62,272 bases of DNA from Neoconidiobolus thromboides FSU 785 (GCA_025603075.1 MU626380.1:1-62272), one strand, 5' to 3'. Positions 1 through 14,140 are shown, counted from the stretch's first letter. Notes: generated by a model not told the origin, from the letters alone. Program-made: numbers and translations.

Positions 1-861
1 GAATCCTGAGTAGGAGCTAAAGGAATGACTCCATGGGTAGATACTCTGCCAACAGTAGGCTTAAATCCAAAGGCAGCTGATAATGAAGATGGAGCAATTA
101 TAGAACCATCTGTTTCAGAACCAATCGCCACTACTGCCAAATTACTAGCAATACCAACTGCTGATCCTGTACTGCTACCAGAAGCAGTAGCACTTAATAC
201 ATAAGCATTATGAGTTTGACCACCTCTACCACTCCAACCAGCAAGATCAACAAAATCACGGAAGCTAATAGAAATTGTTAAATTCTTATAGAATAACTAC
301 TAATGAATTATATTACTTAGCGAATTCAGATAAATTGGCTTTAGCTAAAGAAAAAAGTATTAATAAGTAGCCAGCAACTCATAGATAATGATTACCTAAA
401 ATGATGGCACCTGCTTTACGTAATTTCTTTATCAGCTTGGCCTCCTCTTTGGGCCTAGTTGATAACAAAGCATTTGCTCCTGCTGTTGTATTCATTCCAT
501 TAACTGCTATATTGTCCTTAATGAGAATTGGAATACCAAGCAACGGGTATTTGTTGAAATCAAAAGATTTCATATCCTTTGCTTCTTGAATGGCAGAAGA
601 ACTGGTCTCAATGATTGCATTTAAATGAGGGTTTAGAGCTTCAATTCTTTGTAAATAACATTCTACTAATTGAGAAGGCTTTAGTTTTCCTTCAAGATAA
701 AGATCATGTACTTTAGATATGTTGATTTCATATATGTCTTGACCATAACATAAACGGGTATCAATGTCTAATTGAGAAACATCAGGTTGAGTTGAGTTAA
801 TTTCAGCAACAAAGGAAGAGCTCAAAAAAATTAATGAATATAAACAAAAAGCTTTTAACAT
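1..861 (-). CDS. Secreted amidase-signature family amidase, copy 1 (3'-truncated by the window edge; exons 861-396, 344-317, 264-<1)
   Basis: The spliced translation gives a hydrophobic N-terminus, IKDNI (catalytic Lys), GSSTGS and GSETDGSI motifs. The two introns are 51 and 52 nt, GT-AG. Confidence 0.9.
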
Positions 862-1385
862 GGTTGTTTTAGAAGATTGAACTTTGTAAAATGTTTAATG
901 TTTCAGTTGCAGTGCTTTTATAGCCATTTTAAAGTTCTATAGAGAATTATATTAATTAAGGTGCCTTTTAAATTTGAAAAAGATGATGGTTGAATTTCTT
1001 AATTTATTCGGTGATACTAAATCTTCTGTTTTATTCTTTTTACCAATTTTAGCCTACTTTTTTATTAAAAATTTAACTGCACCACTTAATCAACATCATT
1101 ATTTTTTATCTTGGTACTTGGGAATATATACTAATCGGAAGATGGCTTTATTATTCAAATTGTTAATCGGTTATTGAAATGACTTGCTAACTTTACCGAA
1201 GTTTTTTGAATAGAAGCTTATTATAGGTAATTACTCCTTAATTTCAATTACAAAATTTTATTATTTTTTATATAATTGTAAATAAATGATTTTTAATTTC
1301 AGCTATTGTTGTTCTGCATAAATATGATAAAACCAATTATTATTACTTAACGACAGTCTAATTTTTATCTAAACTTTTAAAAAAA

Positions 1386-1573
1386 TACAATAATATGAGT
1401 AATTAAATTAACAGAAAAGCAACAAAATAGACTCCTGTTAGACAGTCAACTTTAATTTTACTTAATAATAAAGTAGGTTTAAAATGCTTGATTAGACATA
1501 ATCAAAATTGACCGTCCTGACAATGTTTATTTTACTACCTGACTATGTTAATTTAATTACCCGTATTGTTGTA
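1386..1573. mobile_element. Non-autonomous TIR element (MITE family B), ~186 bp, TA-flanked
   Basis: The 28-nt arms 1386-1413 (TACAATAATATGAGTAATTAAATTAACA) and 1546-1573 are reverse complements at 25/28, with weaker inverted similarity further inside. Only one copy is seen. Confidence 0.55.
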
Positions 1574-2192
1574 GATAAGATATAACAACTTTAAGTTCAA
1601 ATATTTTTTTAATGTATTTTGTATAAGTATTAATAGATAAGTTTTATTCTAGTTATTATCATATCTGATATAAGCTTTTTTAATACATTAATTACCCTCT
1701 CCAATTATTAAGCTGTTTAAAAAAATATTACCTCTACTTCCAATGTTATGCCGCTATTATATATAGAAACACCAAACTATATTTAAACAAAAACAAACTT
1801 AATATTATATAATAAAAGTACTTACTAATTCATGCCATAAAGATATATTATTACTATTATTACTTTACCATAACATACAACAGATTATTGCTTAATTAAT
1901 TCTGATCAATAAATAAACTTAATTAAATTTAATCAATTTAATACACCATAGTAACTAAAAGTACGGGAACTGGTTAATTCGAGTATAGAACATACAGCTT
2001 CATTTACTTTTTAAAATAATAATAAGCTTTTTTCATATACATGTATTTTTTTGAAAAATATTAGTTGCTCTTTTTAAAAAATTAGATTTTTTAATTATTT
2101 TGAAAACTAGTTTCTTTATTTAATATTGCTTGAGCTACTATAATAAATAAAAACTTTAATGACTTTATCTAATACTATACTTTTAATATTTA

Positions 2193-4020
2193 TTAATTTC
2201 TAATTCTTAGATCAATATCAGTACAACATTGAATAAATTTTGGAGTAGGTCTTTTCACATTCAAGGTTTGAGTAACTAATTTGGCTACTTTTAATAACAT
2301 TACATCCTTCTCTCCTTTAGTATATAAAGCAATACCAAATGGCACTTTATTCTTATTGACATCCAATGGAATAGTAACAATAGGATAACCAGCTACAGCA
2401 GCAGGAGAATAAGAACCAAATCTAAAATCAGCAGGGGCTAGTAAGACATCCAATTTGTTTTGTGTCAAGATATTATCAATGACATCCTTAGCAGCTTTTA
2501 AACTTTCATCTCTACTTTTGATGTAGATAGGATCATCTAAAGTATTAGATTTATTTGCATCTATCAATACTGCTTGACCATAAGACTTCAACTCTTTTAA
2601 ACTATTTTGTTTATTGTATTCAATTATTTTACTTAAACTTAATTTTTCACCAGTTACGAAGTTTGCTAAATATTCATTTAAATAATGTTTAAATTCATAT
2701 TTTACCACTATTCCTTCTACACAATAAATAAATATTTTAAATTATATTTATTATATAACTATGAATTACCTTTTTCTCGATCAATTTTTGAATCATCAAG
2801 GGTCAAACCATCAACAATTTCAAACTGTCCATTAGACTTCAATTTATTAATGGTTGTGTTTAATATAGGTAATTGATCACTAATTATTTGATTAAAGTAA
2901 GGTTTTCTTAATACACCAATGGTAAACTTTTCACTCTTCAAATGAACTAAAATCAATATATGAAACTGAGATATAAGAATAGTGTATTACCTTATAGCCA
3001 TATTTGCTGCTTTTAACTAAGTTTGATACTTGCTCATTATCTTTTTCAAATATAATAGAGGACAAAAGAATCAAGTCACTAATATCCCTAGTAATAGGGC
3101 CAATCTAAGAAAAAAATTAGTCTTAATTCAACATATGGAAACATTATGGAATATTACCGAGTCCTGGGTAGGAGCTAAAGGAATGACTCCATAAGCAGAT
3201 ACTCTGCCAACAGTAGGCTTAAATCCAAAAGTACCAGCTAAAGCGGCAGGAGCAATAATAGAGCCATTAGTTTCTGAACCAATGCTAGCCACAGCCAAGT
3301 TACTTGCTATACCAACTGCAGACCCAGTACTACTACCAGAAGCAGTAGCACTTAATACATAAGCATTGTGAGTTTGTCCGCCTCTACCGCTCCAACCAGC
3401 AAGGTCAGTCGAGTCACGAAAACTTTGAAAAAATTGTTAGATTCTTATAGAATGATTACTGATGAATCATCTTACTTAGCAAACTCTGATAAATTGGCTT
3501 TAGCTAAAAAATCAATTAAATTAATAAGTGATCATCAAATTTGTAAATAATAGTTACCCAAAATAATTGCCCCTGCTTTTCTCAATTTCTTTACTAATTT
3601 AGCTTCATCTTTAGGCTTAGTTGATAATAAAGCATTTGCCCCTGCTGTTGTGTTCATTCCATTAACAGCTATGTTGTCCTTAATTAAGATTGGGATACCA
3701 AGCAATGGATATTTGCTGAAATCAAAGTCCTTAATTTGTTCCGCTTCTTTGATAGCGGATCGACTAGTCTCAATGATTGCATTTAAATAAGGATTCAAAG
3801 CTTCGATTCTTTTTAAGTAGCATTCTACCAACTGAGAAGGTTTCAGTTTTTTATTGACATAAAGTTCATGTACTTTAGATATGTTGATTTCATAGATGTC
3901 TTGACCATGACATAAGCGGGTGTTACTGTCAATTTGTAAAAGATTGGATTGATCTTTGGTCGTTGCAGTGAGTGGAGAGCCGAAAAAAATTAATGAATAC
4001 AAAAGAGTAGTTTTTAACAC
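2193..4020 (-). CDS. Secreted amidase-signature family amidase, copy 2 (exons 4020-3558, 3503-3476, 3422-3158, 3104-2991, 2935-2770, 2716-2193; ~519 aa; GTG at the start position)
   Basis: It is a close paralog of copy 1 with the same intron positions and IKDNI, GSSTGS and GSETNGSI motifs. The spliced frame is open to TAA at 2193. Confidence 0.85.
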
Positions 4021-5057
4021 GATAGATTTTAAAAATTTCAACTTTATAACACTTTAATGTTTACAGTTTCGCTACTTTTATAGTTTTATTTTAATATCGA
4101 ATTATATCAGCTAAGGAATCTTTTAATCTTAAAAAGAAAACAAATGTCTTCTTTTAATGAATTAATTTATTAACAACAAGCTTTATCTTTTATCCTTCAA
4201 TCAATTTTTAGCTTTTTTTATTACCAACAAATACTCAAATTGTATGTAGGATACTACAACTTTTTTGTCACTCAATTAACCGTTCATTTAGAGTAAATTT
4301 GCTAAAACTTGCAAAGTCTTGAAACTAAGCTTAGAAAAGATCAAATAGGGAAATAGTTGGTTTTATAAACCACCACAGATCAAGTCACAATAGAATTGTA
4401 TTAATTGTCAATTATTAAAATCAAACCTTAAAGGAATGTTCTTTAAAACAAAACAGTTTAATGAACTAGAATATTAGTTTATCATAAATCATATGATTAA
4501 TCCTATTCACTCTACTTTTCAAATCATTCGTTTTATCTTTTTATTAATACGTGCAGAGCTGTCTTTTCCTTTTGTTCAATATAAACATAGTTTAATAGTA
4601 GTTTTAATTCAATTATTAAACTAAAATCCTTTAAATTTTTCAAATTTACAACCAAAATAAACTCAAATACTACTTGATAAATATCGTTTATTTTCTCATA
4701 CTTGCCAATCTTTATTATTAAAAGACGGCTTAATTGCTAAATAGTAATTAGTTATTTAATATTTGCTACCTTTACCCAGGTTTTTCAAAACCTTCCAAGG
4801 GGTAATTAATTCTTTAGTGCTTTCTTTATAGAAAAATAATTTAATTTGGAACAAGGAGGCATAAGAAAAATAAAACCAAAGTAGAAGTGAAAGAATGGTA
4901 GTGTTATTTGGACCTTTTGGAAGACATTCATGAGTTGAATCTTCTTCTTCTTATCTAGTGTGTCTATATCCAGAAGCTTAGCATCCTGCTCTTTATAAGT
5001 TAGTTCAAATATGAAATAGAGTATTTTCGGTTACCTAATTTTTAGACAGAAGTATAT

Positions 5058-5155
5058 GGGGATGTATTTTTTTATTTAAGAATTTTACCAACAATCTTTC
5101 CACTCGAATAGCGCTTAAAAACCGGAAAAATAATGAAATCAAAAAAAATATCCCC
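5058..5155 (+). mobile_element. MITE family A copy 1
   Basis: GGGGATG...TATCCCC, 98 bp, ATAT direct repeat on both sides. Confidence 0.85.
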
Positions 5156-5509
5156 ATATAGTAGATTATTGTCTCTTGGATTTAAAAGAAGACTTTATTG
5201 TTATTTGTAATTATTGATAAGTACGTTTTAAGTTCGCCTAACTGCTATATAATACAAATATGATCAATAGATTGATTATCATTACTAAATGTTTAGTCAA
5301 GTTTGCTCAAAGATTTAAAGCAAAGTTTCTATAAGTAATGGTAATAATAGATCTGATAATCTGAATAAAAAAAATTATTATTTTCTGTATGGACCCCAAT
5401 AAACTGATTTCCAACTACTAGTATCCTCTATAAAGATTAGTAATAGATTAATATCATCTCTAATTACTAGTTTATAACAAAAAGTGTGTTGCTGCTTCTA
5501 AATATATAT

Positions 5510-5607
5510 ACAGATGTTTTTTTGGCTTCATTACTTTTTCCATCTTTTAAGCGCTATTTAAGTAAAAAAATTGTTAGTAAAACTCTTAAATACAAAAGTA
5601 TATCCCC
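5510..5607 (-). mobile_element. MITE family A copy 2
   Basis: Reverse-orientation match to the family consensus, 98 bp, ATAT on both sides, one TIR decayed. Confidence 0.8.
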
Positions 5608-5965
5608 ATATCGCCATTAAATAATAAAAGAATATTGAATTGGACTTGACTTAATTTAAGTTCATTATTATATCAAGAAAGCACTTTCCAGCTTATACAC
5701 TAAAGGCATATCATTTCTGTGATTATTTCACTATAATATAGTATAAAGCAATGTAGACAACTGATCAACTATTACAAAATTAATTTCAGTCAATAAATAA
5801 ATTCAAATCAATATAATTGATTATATACCATAGTAACTAAAAGTATGGGATTATATAGCTAAAAATTAGACTATATAACTTCATCTCATTTATAGATACA
5901 TAAAAAGCTTATCAATATGAATAGTTGTTTTTTAGAATATTTATCATTCTTTTGAAAAAAATTTT

Positions 5966-6060
5966 GGGGATGTATTCTTGCTTAAGAATTTTATTAACAA
6001 TCTTTCCACTTAAATAGCGCCTAAAAAATGGAAAAATAATAAAACTAAAAAAACATCCTT
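5966..6060 (+). mobile_element. MITE family A copy 3
   Basis: GGGGATG...CATCCTT, flanks TTTT/ATTT. Confidence 0.8.
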
Positions 6061-6643
6061 ATTTGTTGTTTTTAACAGTAATAAAATATTAGTTTTAAAA
6101 AAATGAATATTTTATATTTGATATCATTATTGATTCGGCAACCATAATAGTTAAGCTAAAATAGTTTCAAAATCCCATAGCATTTATTAATCAAAATATG
6201 CTACTTATAATTTAATTATACTTATACAGTAAGTCCATCTAAAAAATACAACACGGCTTAATTTTAATATTCAAAGACTAACTCCAATCTCAATAATATA
6301 AAATTTTACCAACTTAATGAATGATTTCTGAGAATTCTAAATTCAATATTTTTTGCAAGTAACTCAAAATAAGCTGTAACACATTTTGAATAAAGTTATA
6401 ATATACTGTCTAATAAGCTAAAAAATCAGTAAGTTAAAGTTCACTTCAATTGTATTAATTTATTTCATATCCTCTAGTTCTCTTAATAGGATTTATTGCT
6501 CTTCATATTTAATATTTTATATAATCCCATTATTAATTTAATAATGACAGAATGCTTTGATTTTATTGGAGATTTATCATAAACAAAAAATGGATAATGA
6601 ACTCACAATTAAAAGGTTAAGTTAACCTTTTAATACAAAAAAG

Positions 6644-8272
6644 ATGAAAAAGCAAGCCAAACAACTTCTACAGAAAAGCAAAAAAACCCAAGACTCCACC
6701 TATAAAGTATTAATCAATAGTCTACTACCTTCTTTACATTTAAACTCAACAAATGATGCTGAATTAAAACAAAAAAAGGAGAGCTATTTTAATTTGATCA
6801 ACGGATTCCTACCTGCCATTAATTTAACAAATAATACGGATATTAGTAAAACAAGTGCCAAAAATAAAGACCCAGTAAGTTTAATGAAACAATATTATAA
6901 GCTAGAGAATATGTATAAAGAGGAAAAACAAAACATTGATCACCCACTTAAAGGCACTCAGAATTATTTAAATGCCATAGAACATAACACCAAGATTTTA
7001 ACAAATACTCAAGTTACCCAGAAACTAGGTACTTTAGATAGTTTCATTACTTTTATTGATTGTGAATTACAGGAACACCAGGCGATTATTAGTCAGGCCT
7101 TAAAGCAGCATAGTATTTCATGGGACAGTGATGAGGTACTATTTAATTTGTATTTAAGTATTAAGATGCCACAACTATTAAGAAACAATGAGCATGAGTT
7201 TTTTAAACAGTTATTTGATACATTTTTGAAATTAAAGTATAATTCAAATTTGGCCATTTCGTTAAACAGATATCAATCTTTGCCAATAAATATTTTATTT
7301 TTAAATCGGTTCAATGCAAAGAAACAGATAGGACCGAGTATTTTATTGTTCTTAAGAATGAAGCATAAGTCTTATTTTAACCATAATAACAGACTTATGT
7401 TAATTAAAAATGAAAAAGCGTTAATTGAAAAGCTTCTCGTGATTTTAAATGAACAAAAGATCGCATCTGGTAAACACACCCTCTTTACCTATTCCCTTGG
7501 TACCTTTCGTTTACTATTAAATTGGAACCAAAAACAATTGTCAAATTTATTTTTCAACAAATATATCTTACCCTTTATGAAAGTGACTTCAGACAAAAAG
7601 GTAGTTAATTGCTTGGCTGATATTATTAAATATTATAATGAACAGCAGCTTAGCTTGGAGCAAGCAGAACATCTGACAACTATGGCATCTATCTTACCGA
7701 TTAATAATGAAACAGAGGTGCTGCTTCAAAGAACAGTGAGTCAATTGATAGATATGGATTATTTAGAGCCTATCGTTAAATTATATAATAAATCAATTAG
7801 CTTACATAATAACTACAATATTGTATACCTACAACAAAACCCAAGTCAGATTGCAATGTACCATCAATTGTTTTCATATTTCATTCAACGAAGTAACTCC
7901 AACGAAGCTTATACCATTTTGGTGCAATTACACCAACTTGATCAAATCAAATCAAAGGATTTAGATACTCTTTGGCTCTTATTTACCCAATTAATTTTAA
8001 CAAAATCTAAGCATTTAGCTACCAAAACTTTATCAATTATTCAACAATTATATCCTGATAAATTATGGGAGTATCATTCTTTAACTTTAGGCAACATCAA
8101 TCCAAATTTATTTGTATTGTATTATAATTTAATTAACAATATTAAGTATGAAATAAATCAGACTAATTTCAAGACTTTCATAAAAGAACAGGAGAATAAA
8201 GGAGATACCTTACAGTCAAAACAATTTGATCATTATTTTAAATCCATTGAATTTAGCCTAGTAAACAATTAA
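6644..8272 (+). CDS. Hypothetical 542-aa intronless protein, probably alpha-helical
   Basis: A 1.6-kb uninterrupted ATG-to-TAA ORF in very AT-rich DNA. I recognise no motif. Confidence 0.7.
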   Translation: MKKQAKQLLQKSKKTQDSTYKVLINSLLPSLHLNSTNDAELKQKKESYFNLINGFLPAINLTNNTDISKTSAKNKDPVSLMKQYYKLENMYKEEKQNIDHPLKGTQNYLNAIEHNTKILTNTQVTQKLGTLDSFITFIDCELQEHQAIISQALKQHSISWDSDEVLFNLYLSIKMPQLLRNNEHEFFKQLFDTFLKLKYNSNLAISLNRYQSLPINILFLNRFNAKKQIGPSILLFLRMKHKSYFNHNNRLMLIKNEKALIEKLLVILNEQKIASGKHTLFTYSLGTFRLLLNWNQKQLSNLFFNKYILPFMKVTSDKKVVNCLADIIKYYNEQQLSLEQAEHLTTMASILPINNETEVLLQRTVSQLIDMDYLEPIVKLYNKSISLHNNYNIVYLQQNPSQIAMYHQLFSYFIQRSNSNEAYTILVQLHQLDQIKSKDLDTLWLLFTQLILTKSKHLATKTLSIIQQLYPDKLWEYHSLTLGNINPNLFVLYYNLINNIKYEINQTNFKTFIKEQENKGDTLQSKQFDHYFKSIEFSLVNN

Positions 8273-8428
8273 GTGTATATTTATAACCTTATCTTTAATA
8301 AATTTTGTTCTTTTTTAGCATTATACTTTAAACTAGTCAAATTTGCATTATGTTTATTAATAATTTTTATTGTTTTTTCAAATTATAAATACTAAATCTA
8401 TATTTCATGTCCAAAACCATTAAAAAAT

Positions 8429-9823
8429 TCAAACTTCATCATCAACATATTCACCCCCACCATTCTCTTCCAAATAAGCCAAACGGCTATGAACTGAATG
8501 TGCCTTATCAACTGCTCTAGCTTTGCTTAAGGCTGATTTTGATTCTACTTTAACCCTAGGAGAGTTGACGCCATCACCTAACTCAAGCATCATCTCATCT
8601 CCAAAGATAGCTGATAAAATTTCATTTTGTTCCATATGAATATGGAATCCAGTAGCAAGAGCTTCGCGGAAGTGTTGAAGCTGCTTGACTCTTACCCAAG
8701 AGTTAATGAAAATTGAACGTGTCTTAAATTTTAGTTTGATCTCTGGAGACTCACCATTTTCAATTGTTGGTAAGATATCCCTAAAAGCTAATCGTTGATG
8801 ACGTCTCTCTTTTTTATTTCTATACCTAGCATGATCATGCATTAGATTATTCATTTTTGCTATAAGGTCATCTTTATAGCGGTATTCTGGGTCCACCTGA
8901 GAGCTATAAAAAATTTCATAAAACACCGCTATATTTTCTCCACTAGCAATACGTACTATCGCATCCACATGGTCCAAAAAATCAACATGAAAATCTATGC
9001 CCTTGTGGAAAAGTCTTCGAATTTCTTCAATCTGCCCCATCAATTTAAGACCAGTAACTAAAAATCCTAGAGCAGATAAAGCGGCAACAATTACTTTGGA
9101 AGGCAATTCATCATCCTCAACCAAATCCAAAAGGTCATGGGACAATGAGAGTATATCATGTTTATCAAGTTCAGATACAAAGCATACCATAGATAAAGAA
9201 TAAATGTAAGCTACTCTAATCTCGGTGTTATCCGAGTCTCTAGCTACTTTAAACATTCCAACTTCAAGGGATTCAAACATTTCTTCATCTTCTGGGTCAA
9301 CAGTGATGGCTAGAAGCCCCATAGCTTTTTATAAATAAATAAATGTATACTAATAAAAGAATAGAACTTACCTTGAGAAGCTAAAACCTTCTCTTTGGTT
9401 GATTGTCCTTTAGCTAAACAGCGTTTCAAACTTTTAAACAAAGTTTCTTGATGTGATTCGATTTCATCTTGAAGATAGTTATGTCGAAAAAGTTTAATGA
9501 TTTTTGACAATGCCTCCTCACGGGTGCTAAATTAAAAGGCTATTAAAAACTATTGAAATTAGTATGTATAGATATTACGGAGTTCTTTTCTCAGTCAAAT
9601 TTTCAATCGCAGTAATCATTTGTTCATCTGGTAAATTATTAATCTCACTATCTAAATTATGTTCTTCATACTCTAAACTCATGTAAGTTTCATCTGATAA
9701 ATCAGAAGTGAATGAGTATGTATCATCATCATCTGAATTATCCCTACTTGCTAAGGGTGTGTTTCTACGACTTGATGTTTTGATTGCTACCTTTAACAAA
9801 TTCTTTTCTTGTTTCCTTGGCAT
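8429..9823 (-). CDS. IFRD1: IFRD family protein (interferon-related developmental regulator / ribosome-binding factor); exons 9823-9579, 9526-9372, 9324-8429; ~431 aa
   Basis: The segments IENLTEKRTPTREEAL and KKERRHQRLAFRDILPTIENGESP...INSWVRVKQLQHFREALATGFHIH match the IFRD family pattern. Confidence 0.85.
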
Positions 9824-11160
9824 TTTAACTTATTGACTTTAAAAGAGAATTTTTATGAATTTGACTTTTTAATTTTGATATTACATTATATTGCATAAGC
9901 ATTAAGTGAGACATTTTATGTCACAACCTAGCTTAATATTATTAAATTGCTTTATTTGGTATATGTTCGACGTTTTTATTGACAAATGACACTACGAATG
10001 CAATAAGCCTATTTAATAATATTGATTTTATCATAAGATTAATCTTCAATAAGATAACAATGATATTATCTCATATAGTAAAGAAGGTGGAATATTTTAT
10101 CACGGCTCATTTTTTGTTATCAGCAAAATTATTGATACTTTTGACTCTAAAGTTATGATAAAATAATAATAAAATGCTAAAAACAGCTAGCATTTACTTT
10201 TCTATTAAATGATATTTGTTTTTCCTCAAAATGGATTATTGGAAAAAAGTTTGGGATGCTATAAAGAAGTAGAATGTTTTGTTTGAATATTGGCTATAGG
10301 AAATTACTGCATCATTGTCTAATACTATTTGTTTGTAAATGAAGTTTATATTGCGACGTCTTTTTGATTCCATTTTTATATATATTCAAGCACTATTGAG
10401 AGAAAAATTATTAGAATTTTTAAACAAAACATACATATCTTAAAGTTGCTTAAAAAACCAGAAAACAGCCATAAAATCGTTGAAAATGCTATAAAATTAA
10501 TAATAAAATTCAATAAATGGACATGAAACTAATTTTAATGAAGTTTTATTTATTTTAGCTTGGGCGGGGGTGACTTAGGTTAATTTTTATTTTAGAAATA
10601 GTATTGTAAATTTACTAAATATTTTAAAACTGGAATAAATAAAATAACAAAATATAATAAAGTAAAGCTTAAATGGCCAATATAGTTATTGAATGTCCTT
10701 ACGTTATAATGCAGTGTAATTTCTCTATTAAAATATGGTATAAATATGCTATCGAAAATCATTTCAAGTAAAATGAATTATTAAATACGATTCAAACCCC
10801 ATAAATAAACTAATTTTAATTCACAACTTACGCAAATTAAGTTAAATTAACTAGTTTTTTAAAAAAAACATTAAATAATACGATTAATTAAAATTGTTAA
10901 TTTAAAGCTGAATTTTTAGTAAGAGAGATATAAATATAAGTTTATACTATATAGTACTCTGAATATAATGATATAAAACTTATAATTCCGTTATTAAAAC
11001 TTAAAACCCAAAACAATAACTGCCATTTTTCATAAAAGAGAATAAAAATGACATGCAAGCAAAAAATGACTAAAAATTGGATAAATTAGTTTAGGAACTG
11101 ACCAATAGTTTTTAAGCTTTAATTTTCATATCGAACTTTCTATATAAGAATTTTACAATG

Positions 11161-11167
11161 TGATTGG
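11161..11167 (-). promoter_or_regulatory. CCAAT box (CCAATCA) upstream of SNF1
   Basis: TGATTGG about 120 bp before the ATG. The same motif recurs upstream of several genes. Confidence 0.4.
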
Positions 11168-11285
11168 TTTTGCCTAACTAATAATGCTTAAATAGAAAAA
11201 CCCTTCATTTTATTGGTGTAATAAATTATTCATACCTCATTTTTTTGACATTTGAAAATTAATTCTTTAAATAAATTCTTCAATT

Positions 11286-13132
<1,847 letters not shown>

Positions 13133-13400
13133 TAATAGAACAAAAAGATGGGTTACGTTTTATTCTATTTATTTTAAACTAAGCTTTTCAGGATACATTC
13201 TATTTTATTTTTTTTAATATAAAAAGTAGCTTCTATTAGTTTATGATTATTTATTTTGTCTTTCTTGGGATGTGTTGAGCTAAAAGCCTTGTATTATAGC
13301 TTATAAAGTATTTTGTTTTATTGTTCTTTAATTGCTATTGATAATTGATAATGATTGTAATTTTACTTAATTGGTATATTAAAGTAAACATTGCTAGTAC

Positions 13401-13410
13401 AACCAATCAG
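13401..13410 (+). promoter_or_regulatory. CCAAT box (AACCAATCAG) upstream of DPB4
   Basis: Full NF-Y/HAP-type consensus about 90 bp before the ATG. Confidence 0.5.
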
Positions 13411-13495
13411 CTTCGTTATAAAAAATTTGAAAAAAGAATAAAAATTCAATCAAATTTTACAAAATTTTAACTCTTGATTTTTTTATTTACAGAAA

Positions 13496-14140
13496 ATGGA
13501 AACAGTTGACTTTGTAGAAGATAGTACATTGACAACGTTAAGTGGTAAATACAATGTTACTCAATAACTTAATAAAAATTGAACTATAAAAATTAGAAAC
13601 AATGAACCCAGCGGAAGAAAAAGGAGCTAATAAGTCAGCTGACACATTACAAGATACAATCGGGATATCACTAGACGATATGCTACTATCAAAAAATGTA
13701 GCTTACAGGATTGCTAAGGAAGCAGTAAATTAGAATAAATGAATATGTATAAAAGAGAATTAAATAATTAAATACTTCATAGTTACCAGAAAATGTAAAA
13801 TTTATGTCGGATTCCAAGATAGCTTTGGCTCAAGCTAGTACAGTATTCATTAACTATTTGGCTGCATGGTATTTTTTGAATTATTAGCCATTTTGAAGGA
13901 TCTAATTAATTTCATATCTATATTAGTGCTCAAGATTCAGCCATGAAAAATAAAAGAAAACAAATCAATGGTGAAGATGTATTACAAGCGTTATCTATTT
14001 TAGATTTTGAAGAATTTGTGCCATTTTTGAAAGAGTATTCAGAAGGTAAGACTAAGTTATAGATATTAGTTTTGTATATTGACTTGTTGCCAGAATTAAA
14101 GGAAAGCCAAGAAGCCAAGAGAATGAATAAAATGGAATAG
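13496..14140 (+). CDS. DPB4: DNA polymerase epsilon / CHRAC histone-fold subunit (POLE3/Dpb4); exons 13496-13544, 13597-13724, 13783-13868, 13927-14045, 14094-14140; ~142 aa; not in the ORF track
   Basis: The manual splice gives RIAKEALPENVKFMSDSKIALAQASTVFINYLAACAQDSAMKNKRKQINGEDVLQALSILDFEEFV, matching the POLE3 histone fold. Exon phases are consistent. Confidence 0.88.

Noticed and set aside
5055-5158. Reading MITE family A as a TA-duplicating Tc1/mariner (Stowaway-like) element with TGGGG termini
   Set aside because: Copies 8, 10 and 12 have ATTT/ATTT or AAAT/AAAT flanks. These fit a 4-bp direct repeat but not a TA or AT 2-bp duplication.
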